DNA of 59,783 bases from a virus (IMGVR_UViG_3300027902_000011:1-59783); one strand, 5' to 3'; numbered from the stretch's first letter, positions 18,307-24,220 are shown. Translations and numbers: made by a program. Notes: generated from the sequence alone by a model not told the origin.

Positions 18307-18313
18307 ATGAAGT

Positions 18314-18396
18314 TGGTGCACGTCGCAGGACTCGAACCCGCATTTTCAGATCCAGTTACGGATAGTCGTTTAGAAGACGACCTCGTCTAGACGTGC
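18314..18396 (-). tRNA. tRNA-Arg(UCU), D-arm absent, expanded variable region
   Basis: Perfect acceptor and anticodon stems; loop CTTCTAA; CCGTAACTGGATCTGAAAAT insert. Confidence 0.8.
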
Positions 18397-18879
18397 TTGT
18401 TTACAGTTATCGAAATGGTATCGGTGCATATTCGGGCCTCGTCCTTCTTTTAGACAAAAAGGACAAGTATACTTGATCAAGTTATGATGAGTTCCATCAT
18501 CAAGTCGTCTCTGAGCTGTCTTACGTTGAATCTCACCACCCAAGAAAGGGTGTATTTCTTCAACAACTTGTTTTCTATTGTTTTCTTTGCCCAAGAATGG
18601 ATGAGTTCCTTTAGCAACCCGCTTATGGTTTTCCAGACTTGCTAACTCTGAAATGACTTGAGGAGACAATTTCATTCTTTGAGCTATTCTATAACAGGCG
18701 GCATAGTCGCCCTGCTCTAGATGGATCTCATAGTGATTCTGGATAGTCGTCGCCAACAGGTTCTCAATCCGGTTGTTGGTCTTGTCGCCGTCTTTGTGGT
18801 GAATCTCATAGGCACGACCATCCGCTTCCCGTGGGATGGGACCGTAGTGCTGCTCATAGATTTTTCTATAAATATGCAT
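18370..18879 (-). CDS. HNH homing endonuclease
   Basis: YEIHHKDGDKTNNRIENL and C-terminal CPFC..HFDNC; stop codon lies inside tRNA-Arg(UCU). Confidence 0.88.
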   Translation of the reverse strand: MHIYRKIYEQHYGPIPREADGRAYEIHHKDGDKTNNRIENLLATTIQNHYEIHLEQGDYAACYRIAQRMKLSPQVISELASLENHKRVAKGTHPFLGKENNRKQVVEEIHPFLGGEIQRKTAQRRLDDGTHHNLIKYTCPFCLKEGRGPNMHRYHFDNCKQARLDEVVF

Positions 18880-18941
18880 GCTGGCCTCCGTCAAGGTTAG
18901 AGCCGGTGGGTCTGATCACCGTGACCGGCGTTCTATTTATA
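18877..18941 (-). promoter_or_regulatory. Late promoter plus conserved endonuclease leader, copy 3
   Basis: TATAAATAGAAC GCCGGT CAC GGT GATCAG ACC C ACCGGC TCTAACCTTGACGGAGGCCAGC ATG. Confidence 0.8.
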
Positions 18942-18954
18942 GACCTAGATTTAT

Positions 18955-19030
18955 TGGAGCACCAGGCGAGACTCGAACTCGCATATAACAGCTTTGCAGG
19001 CTGCCCCGTGACCTCTCCGGGCACTGGCGC
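18955..19030 (-). tRNA. tRNA-Cys(GCA)
   Basis: Loop CTGCAAA, U73, CCA. Confidence 0.88.
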
Positions 19031-19035
19031 GTGAT

Positions 19036-19106
19036 TGGCTACGGACACCGGACTCGAACCGATCTCGTCAGCTTCAGAGGCTGACTTCCCGCCTTGGGTA
19101 TCCGCA
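19036..19106 (-). tRNA. tRNA-Gln(CUG), short D-arm
   Basis: U1-A72, G73, loop CTCTGAA. Confidence 0.87.
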
Positions 19107-19110
19107 GTGA

Positions 19111-19326
19111 TTACTCTACGTCGAAGAAGTGAAAGGCGCCGGCGCCGATCATCGCGATCGCGCCGCCGTGCGGCCACTGGTACAGGCGGTTCGTGACCAT
19201 CCCGTCCGCGTCTGACCATGCCTCCAGAGACTCGTGCTCGTCGCGAGTGATCGAGCGACGACCGTAGACCATCTCCATCGTCATCTCGTGGGAGGCGCGC
19301 TGCTCCTCGGGTCCCATCTCAGCCAT
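19111..19326 (-). CDS. Small hypothetical protein within the tRNA array
   Basis: AGGAG RBS, GC3-rich codons. Confidence 0.55.
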   Translation of the reverse strand: MAEMGPEEQRASHEMTMEMVYGRRSITRDEHESLEAWSDADGMVTNRLYQWPHGGAIAMIGAGAFHFFDVE

Positions 19327-19339
19327 CTTCTTCTCCTGT

Positions 19340-19415
19340 TGGTCTCCGCACGGTGTTCTGCCCACCGACCTCCTGCTTCCAAGGCAGGTACTCTTCTAGC
19401 ACGAGCTTTGCAGAG
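19340..19415 (-). tRNA. tRNA-Pro(UGG), non-canonical D and T loops
   Basis: C1-G72, A73, loop CTTGGAA; T-loop GGCAGAA. Confidence 0.82.
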
Positions 19416-19420
19416 TTGAA

Positions 19421-19479
19421 TGGCACCCCGGAACTTTTGTGCAGCTGAGCCATCCTACGATGACTTACTTAGCCGGGGT
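19421..19479 (-). ncRNA. 59-nt CCA-terminated tRNA-like mini RNA
   Basis: 7-bp ACCCCGG/CCGGGGT stem plus G-CCA; internal 7-bp hairpin with GTAG tetraloop. Confidence 0.6.
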
Positions 19480-19488
19480 TGTTTCGAA

Positions 19489-19564
19489 TGGAGGTTCCAC
19501 CCCGACTCGAACGGGGAACTCGACCTTCGCAGGGTCGTGATTTATCCAGTTAAACTATGGAACC
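19489..19564 (-). tRNA. tRNA-Arg(GCG)
   Basis: Canonical cloverleaf, D-loop AACTGGATA, loop CTGCGAA. Confidence 0.88.
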
Positions 19565-19569
19565 GTGAT

Positions 19570-19644
19570 TGGCAGGGCCTACGGGAATCGAACCCGTCTT
19601 GCTCGGTTGAGAACCGAGTTTCCTAGCCGATAGAAGAAGGCCCC
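19570..19644 (-). tRNA. tRNA-Glu(CUC)
   Basis: Loop TTCTCAA, G73, CCA. Confidence 0.9.
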
Positions 19645-19649
19645 TTGAT

Positions 19650-19726
19650 TGGCTCCAGCGGCTGGTTCCGACCCAGCATCGACATGAGTTAACAGCTCAC
19701 CGTCCTTACCATTTGACTACGCTGGA
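19650..19726 (-). tRNA. tRNA-Asn(GUU)
   Basis: U1-A72, G73, loop CTGTTAA; T-loop GTCGGAA. Confidence 0.85.
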
Positions 19727-19734
19727 ATGAAAGT

Positions 19735-19806
19735 TGGTGGAGTAATCGGGTACCGCCCCCGACGCGACAATCTTGCAAGGATCGTCTGCACCCTTGTGCC
19801 TACCCC
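19735..19806 (-). tRNA. tRNA-Ala(UGC), reduced D-arm
   Basis: G3.U70, A73, loop CTTGCAA; T-loop GGCGGTA. Confidence 0.85.
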
Positions 19807-19811
19807 GTTGT

Positions 19812-19886
19812 TGGTCCCCTAGAACGGAATCGAACCGCTGACGCACTCCTCTTCAGGGAGCCGCTCTACCACTGAGCTACACGGGG
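19812..19886 (-). tRNA. tRNA-Phe(GAA)
   Basis: Canonical D and T arms, loop CTGAAGA. Confidence 0.87.
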
Positions 19887-19892
19887 TTGTGT

Positions 19893-19966
19893 TGGCGCGG
19901 AATGTGGGAGTCGAACCCACGCTGCGAGTGTGGCACACTCGTCGACTGCCGTAATCTTTATTCCGC
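19893..19966 (-). tRNA. tRNA-Gly(GCC)
   Basis: GCGGAAT acceptor, loop GTGCCAC (G32-C38 can pair), CCA. Confidence 0.82.
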
Positions 19967-20395
19967 TTTGATCTTGTTTTTTCCGCAATATGTCGGTGTC
20001 TGTGCATGACAGTTAGGACACAATATGCGTAAATTTTTTAACTTATGATTTTTTGAATTACCGTCAACGTGATCAAGGTGCATTGACAGCGGCTTCTTAT
20101 TCCATTCTGTTATCCCACATTCTTCACACTTATTACTTTTGACGCCTTCCTTAAGAAGTCTTCTTTTAAGATGTGGAGTAGGATACTGAGGATGCTGGCC
20201 ATCGAGAATTTCATCTAAAGCAATGGGTTTCTGATATCCGCCATTTACGAAGGTCAAGCCGAGTTTTTGTGCTCGTCTAAAGATAGTTATATCGGGAACC
20301 AAGAATTTAGCAGCCAGACGCCCAAGTGTGGGTTCTTTATTGTAGGCGCTAATGAGTTCTTGATCAGTAAATCTGTCTTTGTGTTTCTGCTGCAT
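19958..20395 (-). CDS. HNH endonuclease
   Basis: CEEC..LDHVDGNSKNH..NLRILCPNCH; stop overlaps the tRNA-Gly 5' end. Confidence 0.9.
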   Translation of the reverse strand: MQQKHKDRFTDQELISAYNKEPTLGRLAAKFLVPDITIFRRAQKLGLTFVNGGYQKPIALDEILDGQHPQYPTPHLKRRLLKEGVKSNKCEECGITEWNKKPLSMHLDHVDGNSKNHKLKNLRILCPNCHAQTPTYCGKNKIKAE

Positions 20396-20456
20396 ATTCT
20401 ATATATACAATCAGTTTTGAAAACAGACTTTAACATGGGATCAAATTTTACGAGAA

Positions 20457-20540
20457 TGGTCCGCTACCTAGGAATCGAACCTAGCAGGCTATAAGCGCAG
20501 CTTTTACAGAGCCGCTCAGTCCCCAGACTTGCCGTAACGG
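20457..20540 (-). tRNA. tRNA-Tyr(GUA) with C1-G72 and a variable arm
   Basis: CCGTTAC/GTAGCGG-A-CCA; loop CTGTAAA. Confidence 0.85.
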
Positions 20541-20546
20541 TTGAGT

Positions 20547-20620
20547 TGGTTGCGCAGCTACGAGTTACACGTAGGTCCTAAGTTTATGAGACTTAGATGG
20601 GGTTCCTCCACTACCGCGCC
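20547..20620 (-). tRNA. tRNA with CAU anticodon and G1.A72 mismatch (initiator-like Met?)
   Basis: Loop CTCATAA; T-loop TGTAACT; lacks the three G-C pairs of tRNA-fMet. Confidence 0.72.
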
Positions 20621-20628
20621 GTAAGAAT

Positions 20629-20751
20629 TGGTTGGCGAGTTGCACGCCCACGGTTTTACATCCGAACTCATGCTATTAGATTTATGCGAGCAGTAATAGG
20701 AATGAATACCTATCTCTTGGGCCGCTGGTCGCGCCGGCCCGACTGTTGCTC
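20629..20751 (-). ncRNA. Candidate multi-hairpin ncRNA ending in a T-arm-like hairpin and CCA
   Basis: Follows overlapping TTGACA and TATAAATA promoters; several stems; 3' GGCG-TGCAACT-CGCC-AA-CCA. Confidence 0.5.
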
Positions 20752-20788
20752 TATTTATATCACCTCGACGATAAGTTGTCAAGGGAAT

Positions 20789-20877
20789 TGGCGGAGGGCC
20801 CGAGAATCGAACTCGATACCGTCTGGTACGTCCTGTTTTCGAGGCAGGCGCGAGGGGCCACCCCGCTTGTACCCTCC
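20789..20877 (-). tRNA. tRNA-Ser(CGA)
   Basis: Long variable arm, G73, loop CTCGAAA. Confidence 0.87.
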
Positions 20878-20966
20878 TGGCGGAAGACTGTGGTCTTGAT
20901 CCACAAGCACTCGCGCGCTCGTGACGCTTTCCAGGCGTACCTGCCCTCCCGAGCAGTTAGTCTTCC
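20878..20966 (-). tRNA. tRNA-Ser(GGA)
   Basis: Long variable arm, loop CTGGAAA; T-loop ATCAAGA. Confidence 0.85.
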
Positions 20967-20970
20967 TTAT

Positions 20971-21058
20971 TGGCGGATGCCAGGCTGTGTCGATCACCAT
21001 ACCGTGAGGTACCTGCCGGGTTCAAACCGGAGACGGGAGCCGTCCCGCGTTGGCATCC
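20971..21058 (-). tRNA. tRNA-Ser(UGA)
   Basis: Long variable arm, loop TTTGAAC; imperfect T-stem. Confidence 0.8.
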
Positions 21059-21063
21059 TTGAA

Positions 21064-21147
21064 TGGAGGTCCCAGCAGGATTCGAACCCGCGTTTTCAGC
21101 TCCAGCTACGGTTTACGACGTTCGAAGCGTCGTTCGGCTATGGGACC
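21064..21147 (-). tRNA. tRNA-Arg(UCG), D-arm absent, expanded variable region
   Basis: Perfect acceptor and anticodon stems; loop CTTCGAA; CCGTAGCTGGAGCTGAAAAC insert. Confidence 0.8.
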
Positions 21148-21148
21148 G

Positions 21149-21517
21149 TTATTGCTCGCCGTCTCGCTTGGAGCGGCTGTGGTAGAACTTAGACATCGTG
21201 ACCTTCTGGATCAGACGGTCGTCCTTGAGGATCGAGGGACCCTTCAGCGACTTGCCGTCGATCGCCATGAACGTCGCCTCCAGCAGGTGGTCGAGGTCGG
21301 GCGAAGACGGATTGACGTAGAGGACCTCTAGGTCTATCGGATAGTCGATCGGCAGGTCTGTCTGTGCAGAGATGGATCGACGAGCTGAGTCGAGTATGTC
21401 CTCGCGGTACTGCTGAAGCGCCCGCCGGTGCATCCGCTTGTGCGGAGCGTGGTGCAGGTTGAGCTTGAGTACCGGCGGGAACGCGCTGTCGTCCAGCCTT
21501 ACGAAGTAGCCTCTCAT
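21149..21517 (-). CDS. RusA-like resolvase family protein
   Basis: PDLDHLLEATFMAIDG..ILKDDRLI matches the RusA acidic motif spacing, with substitutions. Confidence 0.6.
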   Translation of the reverse strand: MRGYFVRLDDSAFPPVLKLNLHHAPHKRMHRRALQQYREDILDSARRSISAQTDLPIDYPIDLEVLYVNPSSPDLDHLLEATFMAIDGKSLKGPSILKDDRLIQKVTMSKFYHSRSKRDGEQ

Positions 21518-21536
21518 AACGTCCTCATAGTGTGAT

Positions 21537-21626
21537 TGGTCCGCCGTATAGGTAACGATCCTATCCGAGAAGGCTTATCTGGCCCAACTGCTTATAAGAC
21601 AGTCCTGCTCACCTGAGCTACAGCGG
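21537..21626 (-). tRNA. tRNA-Ile(UAU)-like with long variable region
   Basis: CCGCTGT/ACGGCGG-A-CCA; loop CTTATAA; T-loop ATCGTTA. Confidence 0.7.
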
Positions 21627-21631
21627 TTTAT

Positions 21632-21707
21632 TGGTCAGGGTGCGGTGTTCTGCCCACCGTCCACTTCCTTCCGAGGGAAGTAATCTTCTAACACGATATT
21701 CACCCTG
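21632..21707 (-). tRNA. tRNA-Pro(CGG), non-canonical D and T loops
   Basis: C1-G72, A73, loop CTCGGAA; T-loop GGCAGAA. Confidence 0.82.
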
Positions 21708-21712
21708 TCGAT

Positions 21713-21787
21713 TGGCGCTTCGTAGGGGAGTTGAACCCCTCTCAGCCGGTTGACAACCGGACCGCCACACCCGCAGCGTCACGAAGC
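21713..21787 (-). tRNA. tRNA-Asp(GUC)
   Basis: Loop TTGTCAA, G73, CCA. Confidence 0.87.
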
Positions 21788-21793
21788 TTGTAT

Positions 21794-21876
21794 TGGTGTC
21801 CGACGTGGGACTCGAACCCACAAAAACCCGGCTTCTCAGGCCGTCAGGTGTGCCATTTTCCATAGGTCAGTCGGAC
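21794..21876 (-). tRNA. tRNA-Leu(GAG), short variable loop, enlarged D region
   Basis: Loop CTGAGAA, A73, canonical T-arm. Confidence 0.8.
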
Positions 21877-21881
21877 GTTTT

Positions 21882-21962
21882 TGGTGTGCCAGGTGGGGAT
21901 CGAACCCACATTTTCAACCTATTACCTTACTCGAGATTAAGAGTCACGGAGGTTACTGGCGC
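21882..21962 (-). tRNA. tRNA-Lys(CUU), D-arm absent, expanded variable region
   Basis: Loop CTCTTAA; insert ending GGTTGAAAAT; canonical T-arm; CCA. Confidence 0.72.
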
Positions 21963-22530
21963 GTTGTCTTGTTTTTGCTAAAGTTGTTCGTATTTTTTGC
22001 TTTGTTTCTTCGGAGCGCGGTTTACCGAACATTGGATTATTTTTGCCGGCAATCGCAGGTCTTGGACCTTTTAACCGTTCAATCGTCTCCGGTTTGTGTT
22101 TTTTACCAGTCCAACTTTTGTTACCCAGTCTCTTTTTACGTTGTGCTTCTGAATTGTGCAACTTTTCAGAATTTTTCTGAATCCACAGTTTTACTTGTTG
22201 TTTGTGGAACTCAGACTGTTTTTTGCCTTTAAACCCTGGTGATAAATTGCTGTTGATGTAGCCCCAACCGCCTTTGCCACCTGGGCACAAGTTGTAATTG
22301 GTCTCGCGATCTGGAACTACCATGATCCGCTCAGCGAGATTGATGTCGCCTTCGTTGTTTGCCTCGATCAAGATCTCAGTCTTGAAGTTCTCGATGCCGT
22401 ACTTCTTGATAGACCGCTTAAGCAACTTACCAGACCCCATGTAGCCGTCGTTGACGTCTCGAGTCTTGTGTTTGCCGATGTAGTACTTGCCGTTGACTAG
22501 ACAAGTGGTTTTGTAGATCACGTAGTGCAT
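21937..22530 (-). CDS. GIY-YIG (Seg-like) homing endonuclease
   Basis: VIYKTTCLVNGKYYIGKH..YMGSG..YNL plus NUMOD3; stop lies in the tRNA-Lys anticodon loop. Confidence 0.9.
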   Translation of the reverse strand: MHYVIYKTTCLVNGKYYIGKHKTRDVNDGYMGSGKLLKRSIKKYGIENFKTEILIEANNEGDINLAERIMVVPDRETNYNLCPGGKGGWGYINSNLSPGFKGKKQSEFHKQQVKLWIQKNSEKLHNSEAQRKKRLGNKSWTGKKHKPETIERLKGPRPAIAGKNNPMFGKPRSEETKQKIRTTLAKTRQRASNLRDS

Positions 22531-22537
22531 TTAGTTG

Positions 22538-22583
22538 CCTCCTAGCAGAGGATAGCGGTCAAGCTATTTATCGTGCTAGGAGG
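22538..22583 (-). promoter_or_regulatory. RBS-sequestering hairpin enclosing a late promoter
   Basis: CCTCCTAGCA..ATAAATA..TGCTAGGAGG upstream of the endonuclease ATG. Confidence 0.75.
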
Positions 22584-22589
22584 TCTATG

Positions 22590-22663
22590 TAGACCAGGTG
22601 GGGTACGATCCCACATAAATCCGATTAAAAGTCGGAGCCGTAGCCAATTCCGGTCACTGGTCC
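22590..22663 (-). tRNA. tRNA-Lys(UUU), CCA not encoded
   Basis: Loop CTTTTAA; 3' end runs directly into the endonuclease leader. Confidence 0.82.
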
Positions 22664-22729
22664 ATGAGGCTAATCCAAGTCCCGCTGACTTTGATCGGGT
22701 GAAGAGCATCTGCTCAACTTGAACGGTGT

Positions 22730-22803
22730 TGGTACGCGTGGTAGGTACTGCCCCTACTTGCAAACGGTTATCGGCCGCTTCCTTCGCTTCTGAGATCACG
22801 CGT
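22730..22803 (-). tRNA. tRNA-Ile(GAU) with C33 and T-loop GGCAGTA
   Basis: Loop CCGATAA; ACGCGTG/CACGCGT-A-CCA. Confidence 0.8.
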
Positions 22804-22807
22804 GTGT

Positions 22808-22882
22808 TGGTGCGTCTTGTAGGAGTCGGACCTACTGCTTCCACCATGTCGGGGTGGCACTCTACCGATGAGTTAAAGACGC
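22808..22882 (-). tRNA. tRNA-Val(GAC) with C33
   Basis: Loop CCGACAT, A73, CCA. Confidence 0.85.
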
Positions 22883-22888
22883 TTGAAT

Positions 22889-22962
22889 TGGTAGTCCCTG
22901 ACGGAATCGAACCATCGTGGCCGCCATGTAAGAGCGGTGTTCTCCCATTGAACTAAGGGACC
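22889..22962 (-). tRNA. tRNA-Val(UAC)
   Basis: Loop CTTACAT, canonical arms. Confidence 0.9.
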
Positions 22963-22968
22963 GTGAAG

Positions 22969-23254
22969 TTAAAGCACGAAACTAATAAGCCGGATTCTGT
23001 ATAAGATGATCATCTGACTTGATCTACGGTTGCCCGCAGATTCTTTGCCACAACCCGGAACTCAACGGCTGATACTATCCTCGTTCCTGTTTGTGTCGCT
23101 CCCGATAGAGAATGGCACGTTTCACCCGAACTTAATCGGCTCGTTTCTGTTCCTCTAATCCTCAGGTTACCCTGGATGGTTGTTAACCACTATCGTGTAT
23201 CTTGGAGTCCGGACTTTCCTCCCCGTAGGGCGATCATCTGGTTTCGTGCTTTAA
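22969..23254 (-). ncRNA. rnpB: RNase P RNA (compact bacterial A-type)
   Basis: 5' GAGGAAAGTCCGG and 3' ACAGAATCCGGCTTAT P4 signatures; 14-bp terminal P1; ACAGAAA and GTGAAAC S-domain motifs; GCAA-capped P18. Confidence 0.93.
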
Positions 23255-23657
23255 TAGATTCAGATATTTTTTTTCGATGTTCAGGGGTTAATGCTTCTTT
23301 CTTCTTTTTGTTGTGTTTCCGTTTTCGTAAACTTTCTAAATTTTTAGGACTTAGAGAACCACCATATTTTTTAGATAATTTAAGCATGACTTCTGAAAGT
23401 TTTCTTTTATGTTCTAAACTTTTAGGAATATTTTTATTGGCTCGACCTGCATTCTTTTGTATCTCATAGATCAATTCTTGTTTAGTTATCATTCCACTAA
23501 GAGATAACCATGCACTTTTATCTTGCCATTCTCCCAATTCTTCATATCTAATTCTATGAAGGAAGGCATGTAATGTCACATTGCAACGTAACAGATTTCG
23601 CGGAGTATTAGTTCCGCCAGCATGTTCTGGTATTATATGGTGCATGTGCCAAAGCAT
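23190..23657 (-). CDS. HNH-like homing endonuclease
   Basis: HHIIPEHAGGTN..NL..HAFLH motif; the last ~21 codons overlap the RNase P RNA 5' end. Confidence 0.82.
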   Translation of the reverse strand: MLWHMHHIIPEHAGGTNTPRNLLRCNVTLHAFLHRIRYEELGEWQDKSAWLSLSGMITKQELIYEIQKNAGRANKNIPKSLEHKRKLSEVMLKLSKKYGGSLSPKNLESLRKRKHNKKKKEALTPEHRKKISESIKARNQMIALRGGKSGLQDTR

Positions 23658-23660
23658 AAT

Positions 23661-23798
23661 TTATTTATCCTTAGGTATTTCATTTGCACAACTAAATGGT
23701 TGATCTTGGCAGAGGATGATACGATGATCCACATAATGGACATCTTGGCGCTTCAGCTTGATCCTCTTGAGTCCCTGGTCACATAGAGTGCAGGCCAT
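23661..23798 (-). CDS. Small Cys-rich hypothetical protein
   Basis: AAGGA RBS; MACTLCDQG.. Confidence 0.45.
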   Translation of the reverse strand: MACTLCDQGLKRIKLKRQDVHYVDHRIILCQDQPFSCANEIPKDK

Positions 23799-23810
23799 GA
23801 TATTTCCTTT

Positions 23811-23887
23811 TGGTGTCCAAGGTGGGATTCGAACCCACAGCATCCTACGTTTTAAGCGCGGGTGGTCTGCCAGTTGCCTACTCGGAC
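23811..23887 (-). tRNA. tRNA-Leu(UAA), short variable loop
   Basis: Loop CTTAAAA, A73, CCA. Confidence 0.85.
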
Positions 23888-23892
23888 TTGAT

Positions 23893-23968
23893 TGGTACCC
23901 CAGCCGGGAGTCGGACCCGGACTCAACTGCTTTTGAGGCAGTCCGCTTTGCCCTTTGCGTACTGGGGT
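23893..23968 (-). tRNA. tRNA-Leu(CAA), short variable loop
   Basis: Loop CTCAAAA, A73, CCA. Confidence 0.85.
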
Positions 23969-23971
23969 GAT

Positions 23972-24049
23972 TGGTGTTCCGAGTGAGATTCGAACTCACA
24001 CTGTACGGCTTCTGAGACCGTTGTCTGCTGCCAGTTGGACTACCGGAAC
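23972..24049 (-). tRNA. tRNA-Leu(CAG), short variable loop
   Basis: Loop CTCAGAA, A73, CCA. Confidence 0.87.
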
Positions 24050-24143
24050 TTGAATTTCGTCCCTGTTTTTAATGAGGTGCCGGGAACCTCAACCGGTAAG
24101 CACAAGAGCAGATCTAGAAACCGCTCAATAGTAATCCGGCAAT

Positions 24144-24220
24144 TGGTGCGAGCCGGGGGAGTTGAACCCCCAACCACATGGTTCTAAACCATGCCGCTTT
24201 GCCTGTTTGCGTAGGCTCGC
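24144..24220 (-). tRNA. tRNA-Leu(UAG), short variable loop
   Basis: Loop TTTAGAA, A73, CCA. Confidence 0.87.
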
